Origin: Meiothermus sp.
Lineage (GTDB): Bacteria > Deinococcota > Deinococci > Deinococcales > Thermaceae
Direction: 5' to 3'
Length of the DNA stretch: 20,551 bases
Assembly (NCBI GenBank): GCA_033762915.1
Contig: JANRLD010000061.1
Coordinates: 1-20,551, forward strand
In this document: positions 1-7,573 of the stretch, in pieces
How positions within the stretch are numbered: the first letter of the stretch is position 1
How the letters are laid out: the number at the start of each line of letters is the position of its first letter
Program-made: the position numbers and the translations under genes
The notes under the pieces: generated by a model
Told to the model about the DNA's origin: nothing
Database searches by the model: none
The model's input: the letters and a program-made list of their open reading frames with translations, nothing else

Positions 1-114
1 GAGATACTGTTCAAAGTCCTGTGTCACAATATCGTTGTGGTCAATCAGTCCATCTTTGAACTGGGGATTGAACCGACTTTTTGTGCAGGTTTTCAGGTTG
101 CCCAAAAACCCTGA
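1..114 (+). CDS. Transposase C-terminus (partial; DDE, IS5/IS4-like)
   Basis: Frame 1 reads EILFKVLCHNIVVVNQSIFELGIEPTFCAGFQVAQKP*. The ExxxKxxxHN helix is typical of the C-terminal part of IS5/IS4-type DDE transposases. The segment is AT-richer than the rest of the window. Confidence 0.7.
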   Translation, partial: EILFKVLCHNIVVVNQSIFELGIEPTFCAGFQVAQKP

Positions 115-141
115 CTTTTTGGAGACTATTTAGGCAAAGCT
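1..141 (+). mobile_element. Right end of an insertion sequence (IS5 family, IS903-group-like terminal repeat)
   Basis: The transposase stop is followed by GACTATTTAGGCAAAGCT (124-141). Its reverse complement AGCTTTGCCTAAATAGTC resembles the GGCTTTG-type ends of the IS903 group. LRR coding sequence begins immediately after. Confidence 0.55.
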
Positions 142-143
142 AG

Positions 144-890
144 AACAACCCCAGGAACAGCCGCCTCAGCACCCTGCCCGCTGGTCTTTTTGACCAGCTG
201 ACCAACCTGACCCGCTTGAATCTCAGCGGCAACATAATCGAGACCTTACCCGCAGGCATTTTTGACCGCCTGACCAAGCTGACCCATCTCAATCTGAGCC
301 GCAACATTCTGGTTGCCCTGCCCGATAGCTTTGCAAACCTCGCCGCCCTCGAGGAGTTGTCGCTCAGCGACAACCGCCTGTCCGCGCTGCCCAGCAGCTT
401 GGTTGGCAAACTGCCCACGCTGAAAGCCCTTGCCGTCCACTTCAACTGTCTCGCCACCCAACAGAACCCCGTCAAGGCTGCCCTGGACACCTTTGGTCGC
501 CCGCTGATTCGGGACGAACGGCCCAGAGAGGGCTGCCCGCAAAAAACCATCAACTTCTCGAGCCTCCAAGCCCGTCTGCTCACCGACAACCGCAATGCCC
601 CCAACCAAACCGACACGGTGTTGGTCAGAATCAGCATCGACGGAGTAGCTCAAGGCGGCTTCGACTTCGAGATCGGCGAACGAACCCTGCGCCCACAAGA
701 GACGGCTGCCATCAACAAAACCCTGATCGTAAATTCCGAGCTGAAAATCGAGGTGTTTGCCAGGGGCAACCCCAACAAAAGTATTGGCGAGGCGATGTTG
801 CCCATAGACGCAGACTACACGCCCGGAATCAACAGGTTTTCCCTATTGGGCAGTGGTTCGGTCTATGTGCTAACCCTAGATCAGCAATAA
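144..890 (+). pseudogene. 5'-truncated leucine-rich repeat protein (24-aa typical LRRs, Cys-pair cap, C-terminal beta-rich domain)
   Basis: The frame is open from the in-frame TAG at 141-143 and reads NNPRNSRLSTLPAGLFDQLTNLTRLNLSGNIIETLPAGIFDRLTKLTHLNLSRN... The TTG at 216 lies mid-repeat with no RBS, so the true 5' end was probably cut off by the IS. Confidence 0.75.
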
Positions 891-909
891 GCGGCCCGCA
901 CAAGGCAGC

Positions 910-940
910 GGCTCGAGGCCAACCCTCGAGCCTTTTTCTT
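910..940 (+). terminator. Rho-independent terminator
   Basis: GGCTCGAGG-ccaac-CCTCGAGCC stem followed by TTTTTCTT, 20 nt after the LRR stop. Confidence 0.8.
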
Positions 941-1118
941 TGATCGGGCGGCTACTCGAGCTGTACTTTTCCAAATCCCAGACGACTTTTCTTGTGTTGC
1001 GCTGTGGTAACGCCCCTTGGCTAAGCTGATGAACATGGGGGTGTGTCGCAGGGAAAATTGCCGTCTCGGGCGGGTGAGCTGTGGTGGCTCGAGGCGTAGT
1101 TTGTGGAGTCTACAACCT

Positions 1119-1152
1119 CGTTACCGCTTCGTTACCGAGCGCTCCATAGTCT
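1119..1152 (+). promoter_or_regulatory. Direct-repeat operator plus -10 element (copy 1)
   Basis: CGTTACC-gctt-CGTTACC (1119-1136), 10 nt, then TAGTCT (1147-1152). Lies upstream of the RBS CAGGAG and ATG 1185. Confidence 0.7.
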
Positions 1153-1184
1153 TCTGGTCGAAGGCACCAACACAGGAGACTGCA

Positions 1185-3059
1185 ATGAACAACACCTCTC
1201 TCGCAAGCATCGACACATCGGCCACTAGGGGAGCATCTATGGGCAGAAGACTTTGGGCACTCATTGGTTTGGGTTTGTTGGTTTTCTTGGCGGCTTGCTC
1301 GTCGGCCCCGGCGGTGGGGACTTTGCAGGTCAACATCACCGGCTTGCCCACTGGAGTAAACGCCAACGTCAAGGTGACCGGGGCGGGCTTTAGCCAAGAC
1401 CTCACCACCAGCACGCCCTTGAGTGGTCGGGCAGTGGGCAGCTACACCGTGACCGCAGCCAGCGTGAGCAGCGGCGGCCTGAGCTACATCGCGACAGTTA
1501 CAGGCAGCCCCGCCACGGTGACGGCCAACACCACCTCGACGGTCAACGTAGCTTACGCAGTAGACCCCGCCAGCCAGGGAACCCTGCTGGTCAACGTGAA
1601 CGGCGTGCCCGCCGGAGCCAGCGCCAACGTCAGCATCAGCGGCCCCAACGGGTTTAGCCAGACCGTAAACGCCAGCGCCATCCTGCGCGGTTTGGTGCCC
1701 GGAGCCTATACCATTACCGCCAACAACATCCCTGGTGCGGGGACTACCGCCAACTTCACCTTTGGCGGCACGCTGACAGGCAGCCCAGCCAATGTGACCG
1801 CCAACACCGACACCACCGCCACTGTTACCTATGCGGCCATCACCGGGTCGCTGGCCTTTGGGGTTACGGGTTTGCCTGCCGGAGCCAACCCTACCTTTAC
1901 CCTGACCGACAATAGCGGGCCAAACCTTGGCCAAAAACGCATCCTGACCAGCACCGCCACGGTGGCCAACCTTCCGCCTATCGACTACAACCTAATCGGC
2001 AACCCGGTACGGGTCAGCGGAACTATATTGGACACGGTGTTTATCGCCCCGGGTGACGCGGAGTTTAGCATCACTGCCGGCGAGCAGTTGACGCTCACCG
2101 CCGATCCTATGAGATATCAACAGCAGCGGCACAGCGGTGCGTTGTGGGTTCCCAACAACGATGGGGCAGTGCAGGGCCTCTCGGCGGCCCAACTCAGCGG
2201 CGCGGGGGGCGCGGTCACACCGGCTGGCTCTGTAACTCAGGCAGGTACCAACCAAGCTGTGGTGTTCGACCGCAATGGTCGGATGTATGTCAGCAACTCC
2301 ACTACCAATTCAATCAACATCTTCCCGATCCAAACCATCTCTAGTCCAGCACCGGCCCCCGTGACCATCACAGGCGCTAACACCGGCCTTAACGCGCCCA
2401 TCGGCATGGCGTTTGATAGCAGTGGGCGGCTTTGGGTGGCCAACACTGCCACTGGTGGAGCGGCCACGGGCGACTCCATCGTGGCCTTTAGCCCTGCGCA
2501 ACTGAGTGCAGGCGGCAACGTTACCCCCGTGGTGACCATTACCGGCCCCAGCCTCTTCGACCCCTTTGGGCTGGCCTTCGACTTCGACGGGAATTTGTGG
2601 GTATCCAACAGCGGCGGGGCCAACGTGGTTCGGTTTGCGTCGGGGCAGCTCGAGACCTCGGGGGCTAAGCAAGCCTTTGGCACCTTGAACTCTGCTGCCT
2701 TCAATACCCCCGCCGGATTGGCCTTCAACCGCCAGGGGAATCTTTGGGTGGCTAACTTCTTGGGCAACAACCTGCTCGAGTTCACTGCCGTTCAATTGCT
2801 AGAAGTTGAAGGCTCGTCGCGGCTCCTTGTGCCCACTACCATTGGCGGTTTTGTTCGCCCCCGTGGGCTGGCCTTTGACAACGGCGGCAACCTCTGGCTG
2901 ACCCGCGACTCGGGGGTACTGAACCAGATTTCCGCTGCCAACCTAGCCGCCTCGGGCAGCCCCGCTCCCACCACCAGCTTCACCGGGCTGGGTAGCTTTA
3001 GAGGGGCAGGGCTGGCCTTCAACCCCACCCCTTCCAACCTGCCCATCCAAAACAAGTAG
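1185..3059 (+). CDS. Surface lipoprotein: three beta-sandwich (Ig/PEGA-like) repeats + NHL-type beta-propeller (paralog A)
   Basis: RBS CAGGAG before ATG 1185 (alternative ATG 1239). Lipobox LAAC. Repeats of GTL.VN.TGLP.G...GSYTVTA, then blades of P.GLAFD..GNLWV.N. Confidence 0.85.
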   Translation: MNNTSLASIDTSATRGASMGRRLWALIGLGLLVFLAACSSAPAVGTLQVNITGLPTGVNANVKVTGAGFSQDLTTSTPLSGRAVGSYTVTAASVSSGGLSYIATVTGSPATVTANTTSTVNVAYAVDPASQGTLLVNVNGVPAGASANVSISGPNGFSQTVNASAILRGLVPGAYTITANNIPGAGTTANFTFGGTLTGSPANVTANTDTTATVTYAAITGSLAFGVTGLPAGANPTFTLTDNSGPNLGQKRILTSTATVANLPPIDYNLIGNPVRVSGTILDTVFIAPGDAEFSITAGEQLTLTADPMRYQQQRHSGALWVPNNDGAVQGLSAAQLSGAGGAVTPAGSVTQAGTNQAVVFDRNGRMYVSNSTTNSINIFPIQTISSPAPAPVTITGANTGLNAPIGMAFDSSGRLWVANTATGGAATGDSIVAFSPAQLSAGGNVTPVVTITGPSLFDPFGLAFDFDGNLWVSNSGGANVVRFASGQLETSGAKQAFGTLNSAAFNTPAGLAFNRQGNLWVANFLGNNLLEFTAVQLLEVEGSSRLLVPTTIGGFVRPRGLAFDNGGNLWLTRDSGVLNQISAANLAASGSPAPTTSFTGLGSFRGAGLAFNPTPSNLPIQNK

Positions 3060-3066
3060 TTTCGCC

Positions 3067-3099
3067 AAAAAAAGACCGGGCCAAAGCTCGGTCTTTGTT
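3067..3099. terminator. Rho-independent terminator (possibly bidirectional)
   Basis: A-run, then stem AAAGACCGGGC-caaa-GCTCGGTCTTT, then GTT, just after the stop at 3059. Confidence 0.7.
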
Positions 3100-3116
3100 C
3101 TCTCGAGCCTCTTCCC

Positions 3117-3150
3117 CGTTACCGCTTCGTTACCACCCCCTCCATAGTCT
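3117..3150 (+). promoter_or_regulatory. Direct-repeat operator plus -10 element (copy 2)
   Basis: CGTTACC-gctt-CGTTACC (3117-3134), 10 nt, then TAGTCT (3145-3150). Confidence 0.7.
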
Positions 3151-3182
3151 TCTGCTCAGAGACAGCAACACAGGAGACTCTG

Positions 3183-5051
3183 ATGAAAAACACCTTCTTT
3201 GCAAACACCACCTCGGCCATACAGGGAGCGGTCATGGGCAGAAGACTTTGGGCACTCATTGGTTTGGGTTTGTTGATTTTCCTGGCGGCTTGCTCGTCGG
3301 CCCCGGCGGTGGGGACTTTGCAGGTCAACATCACCGGCTTGCCCACTGGAGTAAACGCCAACGTCAAGGTGACCGGAACCGGCTTTAGCCAAGACCTCAC
3401 TACCAGCACGCCCCTTAGCAATCGGACCTTGGGCAGCTACACTGTGACCGCAGCCAACGTGAGCAGCGGCGGCCTGAGCTACACCGGGACGGTTACGGGC
3501 AACCCTGCCACGGTGACAGCCAACACCACCACCACCGTAAACGTGACCTACGCGGTAGACCCCGCCAGCCAAGGAACCCTGCAGGTCAACATCACCGTTC
3601 CCGGTGGCGGCAACGGCAACGTCCGCATCAGCGGCCCCAACGGTTTCAGCCGAGACATCACCGCCACCACCACCCTGAGTGGCCTGGTGCCCGGCGCATA
3701 CACCCTGACCGCCATCAACGTCCCCGGTGCCGGAACCAGCGCCGACCTGATCCTGGCGGGTACGGTCTCGGGCGCTTCCACGGTCGAGGCGGGCAAGACC
3801 GCCACCGCTACCGTCACCTATGCGGCCACCACTGGCACTATCAAGATCACCGTGAACGGCCTGCCCGCTGGAGTCGAGGCCGACATCGTTGTGACCAGAG
3901 CCGACAATGCCTTCCAACAAATCCTCACCGAGGCCGCCACCTTGAGTGGACTGGCACCCAGCAACTACGATGTCACCGTCCGCAATGTACGGGTGCGTGG
4001 GGCCATCGTGGACTCGGTTTTTGTTTCCGACAGTAGCAATGAATTGAGCATTTTTGCGGGTCAAGTGCAGACGGCAGCGGTCACCTACACCCAGCGCGGT
4101 GGCACAGGCACGCTATGGATTCCCAACAACGATGGAGTAGTGCAGGGCCTCTCTGCGGCCCAACTCGGCGGCGCAGGGGGCGCGGTTGTGCCGGGCCGTT
4201 CGGTGGCCCAGACCGGTTCAAACCAGGTGGTGGTGTTCGACCGCGAAGGCCGCATGTACGTTAGCAACTCGAGCGCCAACCAGATCAGCATCTACACCCC
4301 AGCCCAACTGGCTGCTGGGGGTACGCTGACCCCGGCCAGAACAATCTCTGGCACAGCCACAGGTCTCAACTTCCCATTAGCGATGGCCTTCGATAGCAGG
4401 GGCCGACTCTTTGTGACCAACCTCGCCGACCCCAACAACGCGACTGGGGACTCGCTGGTGGCCTTCAGCCCCGCGCAACTCCTGGCAGGCGGCAGCCCCG
4501 AACCGGTCATCCGCATTACCAGCGGCAGTTTCTTCAACCCTGGCAGTATGGCCTTTGACGACCGCAACGGGGACTTGTGGGTATCCAACAACGAGGGTAC
4601 TTTTCTTCGGTTCGAAAACGCACAGCTCCAAACGTCGGGGCTAAAACAACCCTTTGGCATCATGAACTCCCCCGATCTTAACGCGCCCGCCGGAATCGCC
4701 TTTGATCGTGAGGGGAACCTCTGGGTGGCCAACTTTCGCGGCGACAACCTACTCATGTTTCTCGGCGGTGAGTTGGGGGATGTATCTGTATCCTCGCCGG
4801 CGGTAACCCTACGTTCAAACATCACCCTGAACGGGTTTAATCGCCCCCGTGGATTGGCCTTCGACAACACGGGCAACCTCTGGCTAACCCACGATCCGGG
4901 CGTGCTGGCCCGGGTTGCCGCCGCCGAACTGATCGCCCCTGGCAGCCGCACCGTCACCCCCGCCCGCAGCTTCACCGGGCTGGGCACCTTTAGAGGCGCT
5001 GGGCTGGCCTTCAGCCCCACCCCTTCCAACCTGCCCATCCAAAACAAGTAG
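3183..5051 (+). CDS. Surface lipoprotein: three beta-sandwich repeats + NHL-type beta-propeller (paralog B)
   Basis: RBS CAGGAG, lipobox LAAC, same architecture as 1185-3059, near-identical N-terminal domain and C-terminus (PTPSNLPIQNK). Confidence 0.88.
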   Translation: MKNTFFANTTSAIQGAVMGRRLWALIGLGLLIFLAACSSAPAVGTLQVNITGLPTGVNANVKVTGTGFSQDLTTSTPLSNRTLGSYTVTAANVSSGGLSYTGTVTGNPATVTANTTTTVNVTYAVDPASQGTLQVNITVPGGGNGNVRISGPNGFSRDITATTTLSGLVPGAYTLTAINVPGAGTSADLILAGTVSGASTVEAGKTATATVTYAATTGTIKITVNGLPAGVEADIVVTRADNAFQQILTEAATLSGLAPSNYDVTVRNVRVRGAIVDSVFVSDSSNELSIFAGQVQTAAVTYTQRGGTGTLWIPNNDGVVQGLSAAQLGGAGGAVVPGRSVAQTGSNQVVVFDREGRMYVSNSSANQISIYTPAQLAAGGTLTPARTISGTATGLNFPLAMAFDSRGRLFVTNLADPNNATGDSLVAFSPAQLLAGGSPEPVIRITSGSFFNPGSMAFDDRNGDLWVSNNEGTFLRFENAQLQTSGLKQPFGIMNSPDLNAPAGIAFDREGNLWVANFRGDNLLMFLGGELGDVSVSSPAVTLRSNITLNGFNRPRGLAFDNTGNLWLTHDPGVLARVAAAELIAPGSRTVTPARSFTGLGTFRGAGLAFSPTPSNLPIQNK

Positions 5052-5061
5052 GGCCGCGAGC

Positions 5062-5090
5062 GGCAGCGGCCCAGGGCAACCCCTCGAGCC
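5062..5090 (+). repeat. Degenerate copy of the 904-932 post-gene element
   Basis: GGCAGCGGCCCAGGGCAACCCCTCGAGCC matches 904-932 at 24/29 positions. The hairpin is disrupted and there is no U-tract. Confidence 0.6.
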
Positions 5091-5091
5091 T

Positions 5092-5125
5092 CGTTACCGC
5101 CACGTTACCGGCGGCTGCTTAGGCT
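5092..5125 (+). promoter_or_regulatory. Direct-repeat operator plus -10 element (copy 3)
   Basis: CGTTACC-gcca-CGTTACC (5092-5109), 10 nt, then TAGGCT (5120-5125), upstream of the LysE gene. Confidence 0.7.
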
Positions 5126-5221
5126 CTTCGCAGCAAGGAAGCCAGAACCCGCCCCTATACGTCCCACCCTCGCCCCTCTTCCATTTCCGCCCAGAACCGC
5201 CCCCTTCCCAGGAGATTCCCG

Positions 5222-5836
5222 ATGCCGACTTACTCCGTAGCGCTGACCGAAGGTTTTGTCCTGAGTGCGGGTCTGATCGTGTGCATCGGCCCTCAGAACA
5301 GCCTGATCCTGCGCCAGGGCTTGCGCCGCCAGCACCTGCTGTTGATGGCGCTGCTTTGCGTTCTCCTGGACATGCTGCTTATTGGGGTTGGGGCCTTCGG
5401 AATGGGGGCTTTGGCCCAGGGCGAGACCCTGACCCGCCTGATGACCTACGGCGGGGTGGTGGCCCTGCTGGTGTGCGGGGCATACTCGTTCAGATCCGCC
5501 TTCGCGCCGACGACACCGGCCTCCCAGGCGGCCCTGCTGCCCAGCCGCAGACAGGTGGTGCTGGCCCTATTGGCAGTCACACTGCTCAACCCCAGCGCCT
5601 ACATAGACACCCTGCTGCTGGTCGGGGGCAACGCCAACCACTACCACGGCGACCTGCGGCTGTGGTTCGTGGCCGGGGCGGTGGCGGCCTCGAGCGTCTG
5701 GTTCTTCGGCCTCAGCTATGGCTCGGCCCTGCTGGCCCCGCTGCTGGGGCAGCCCAGAGTGCTGCGGGGGCTGGACCTCCTGAGCGGCGGCATCCTCTGG
5801 CTGATGGCCTTCCGGCTTTCGGGCTATCTTGGTTAG
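5222..5836 (+). CDS. LysE/ArgO family amino-acid exporter
   Basis: Motifs LIVCIGPQNSLILRQGL and VTLLNPSAYIDT, multiple hydrophobic segments, RBS GGAGA. Confidence 0.9.
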   Translation: MPTYSVALTEGFVLSAGLIVCIGPQNSLILRQGLRRQHLLLMALLCVLLDMLLIGVGAFGMGALAQGETLTRLMTYGGVVALLVCGAYSFRSAFAPTTPASQAALLPSRRQVVLALLAVTLLNPSAYIDTLLLVGGNANHYHGDLRLWFVAGAVAASSVWFFGLSYGSALLAPLLGQPRVLRGLDLLSGGILWLMAFRLSGYLG

Positions 5837-5875
5837 TTCAGACCCTAGGCAGTAGCGGACAGACTCGAGGCGCGT

Positions 5876-6727
5876 ATGAACCCCCCAACCAACCCCAAAA
5901 TCTCTTCCAAACGCAAGCTCCTCGCCCTCTGGCTGGTGGGTCTGCTGGCGGCCTGCGGCGCCCCCAGCCCAACCCCCGCCCCCCAGCCGCAGCCCGACCC
6001 CACCAGTTGCGTGGTTAGCACTCCGCCCGCCGCGCTGGGCCTCGACCCCTTCTACACCAAGTACTGCTCGGTCAAGGGTGTCCCGCTGGTGGCCGCCGCC
6101 GTGGTGCCGGACGCCGCCCTCCAGGAGGCCTGGAAGGTCATGGACAACATGCTCAAGGGGGTCTCGAGCAGCGTGGTGCAGCAGATCGTGGCCAACCGCA
6201 CTCGAGTGGGCATCATCGGGGCCAACCAAAAACTCACCGACATGCCCGAGTACCGCAACCTCGACACCCAGTTTCCCCTGCCCGGCGGGGTGAGCTGGAA
6301 CGCCCGGGCCAGGGGCCTGGGGGCCACGCCCTTTATTCCGCTCTCGAGCGGGGCCGAGGAAAACGTGCTGTGCCACCCCACCGACCCCTACCGGGGCGAG
6401 AACATCCTGCTCCACGAGTTCGCCCACACCGTGCTGGTGATGGGGGTGGAGTTTAGTGACCCCGGCTTTAGGGGGCGCCTCACCACCGCCTACAACGCCG
6501 CGCTGTCCAGAGGCCTCTGGAGGAATACCTATGCCGCCGAAACCGTGGACGAGTACTGGGCCGAGGGGGTGCAAAACTACTACAACAACAACATCGAGGC
6601 CATCCCGTCCAACGGCATTCACAACGAGATCAACACCCGCGCCGAACTCAAGGCCTACGACCCCACCCTGCACAACCTGATCGCCGAGATCTTTGGAACC
6701 AGGGACTACACCCCGGTTTGCCCCTAA
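5876..6727 (+). CDS. Lipoprotein zinc metallopeptidase (HEXXH; lethal-factor/PPEP-like fold inferred)
   Basis: Lipobox LAAC, Pro-rich tether, HEFAH motif, downstream YA...EYWAEG third-ligand motif. Confidence 0.8.
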   Translation: MNPPTNPKISSKRKLLALWLVGLLAACGAPSPTPAPQPQPDPTSCVVSTPPAALGLDPFYTKYCSVKGVPLVAAAVVPDAALQEAWKVMDNMLKGVSSSVVQQIVANRTRVGIIGANQKLTDMPEYRNLDTQFPLPGGVSWNARARGLGATPFIPLSSGAEENVLCHPTDPYRGENILLHEFAHTVLVMGVEFSDPGFRGRLTTAYNAALSRGLWRNTYAAETVDEYWAEGVQNYYNNNIEAIPSNGIHNEINTRAELKAYDPTLHNLIAEIFGTRDYTPVCP

Positions 6728-6735
6728 GGAGCGCC

Positions 6736-7440
6736 ATGAAAACGCCGACTTTGACACTTGCCATCCTGGGACTGGCCCTGCTGCTGGGGGGCTGCGGCTC
6801 CACGAGCGGAGGCACGCCCGCACCCGGCCCGTCCGACACCACCCCGCCCACCGTGAGCCTGGGGGCCTCCTCCACCAACGTCACCGCCCCGGGCAGCATC
6901 ACCCTCACCGCCACGGCCTCCGACAACGTGGGCGTGACCAAGGTCGAGTTCTTCGACGGGGCTACCAAGCTGGGCGAGGACACCTCCGCCCCCTACACCC
7001 AGACCCTCAGCTATACCGCCGCCAACAACGGCTCCAAGTCTTACACCGCCAAGGCCTTCGACGCCGCCGGCAACAGCCAGACCAGCGCGGCGCTGGCGGT
7101 GACGGTGAACATCCCCACAGCCGTGGACACTGCTGGCCCAAGACTCCTGAGCGCCAGCGCAACGGGCAACACCACCGTACGGCTGGTGTTTAACGAGGCC
7201 ATCGTGGGCGGCAATGTGGCCAGCAATTTCAGAATCACCATAGACCTCAGCAGCAACCTCAGCGTGACCGGCGCAAGTGTCTCGAGCGACAACACCACCG
7301 TCACCCTGACCACCGCCCCCCAAACCGCCGGTCAGCAGTATCTGGTTCTGCCCCCCACAGTCACCGACACAGCGGGCAACGCCTTTGACACCGCGGGCAG
7401 CGGACAGTTCGTGTTCAGCTTTACCGGCGTGGGGCCGTAA
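6736..7440 (+). CDS. Lipoprotein with two bacterial Ig-like domains
   Basis: RBS AAGGAG before ATG 6736. Lipobox LGGC. Motifs DTTPPTVSL...ATASDNVGVTKVEF...AKAFDAAGN and DTAGPRL...VFNE...VTDTAGN. Confidence 0.85.
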   Translation: MKTPTLTLAILGLALLLGGCGSTSGGTPAPGPSDTTPPTVSLGASSTNVTAPGSITLTATASDNVGVTKVEFFDGATKLGEDTSAPYTQTLSYTAANNGSKSYTAKAFDAAGNSQTSAALAVTVNIPTAVDTAGPRLLSASATGNTTVRLVFNEAIVGGNVASNFRITIDLSSNLSVTGASVSSDNTTVTLTTAPQTAGQQYLVLPPTVTDTAGNAFDTAGSGQFVFSFTGVGP

Positions 7441-7573
7441 GCCCGAAGGCTCGAGGCCACCCCCGCAGCGCTCGGCCGGGCCTGACCAAGCCATCCCGTG
7501 GGTACCACTCCCTCCAACCGCACGGCCGACCCCGTTTTGGGTTAGTATGGTCGGCAAAAGTGGGAGCAAGCCC

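Noticed and set aside
1017..1184. ORF-track N-terminal extension of paralog A
   Set aside because: Overlaps the promoter motif, is absent from paralog B, and the SD supports ATG 1185 or 1239.
7385..7573. ORF-track extensions of several genes (also 6718, 9796, 10806, 13301, 13976)
   Set aside because: Downstream starts have an SD or leaderless -10 and correct signal peptide or domain boundaries.
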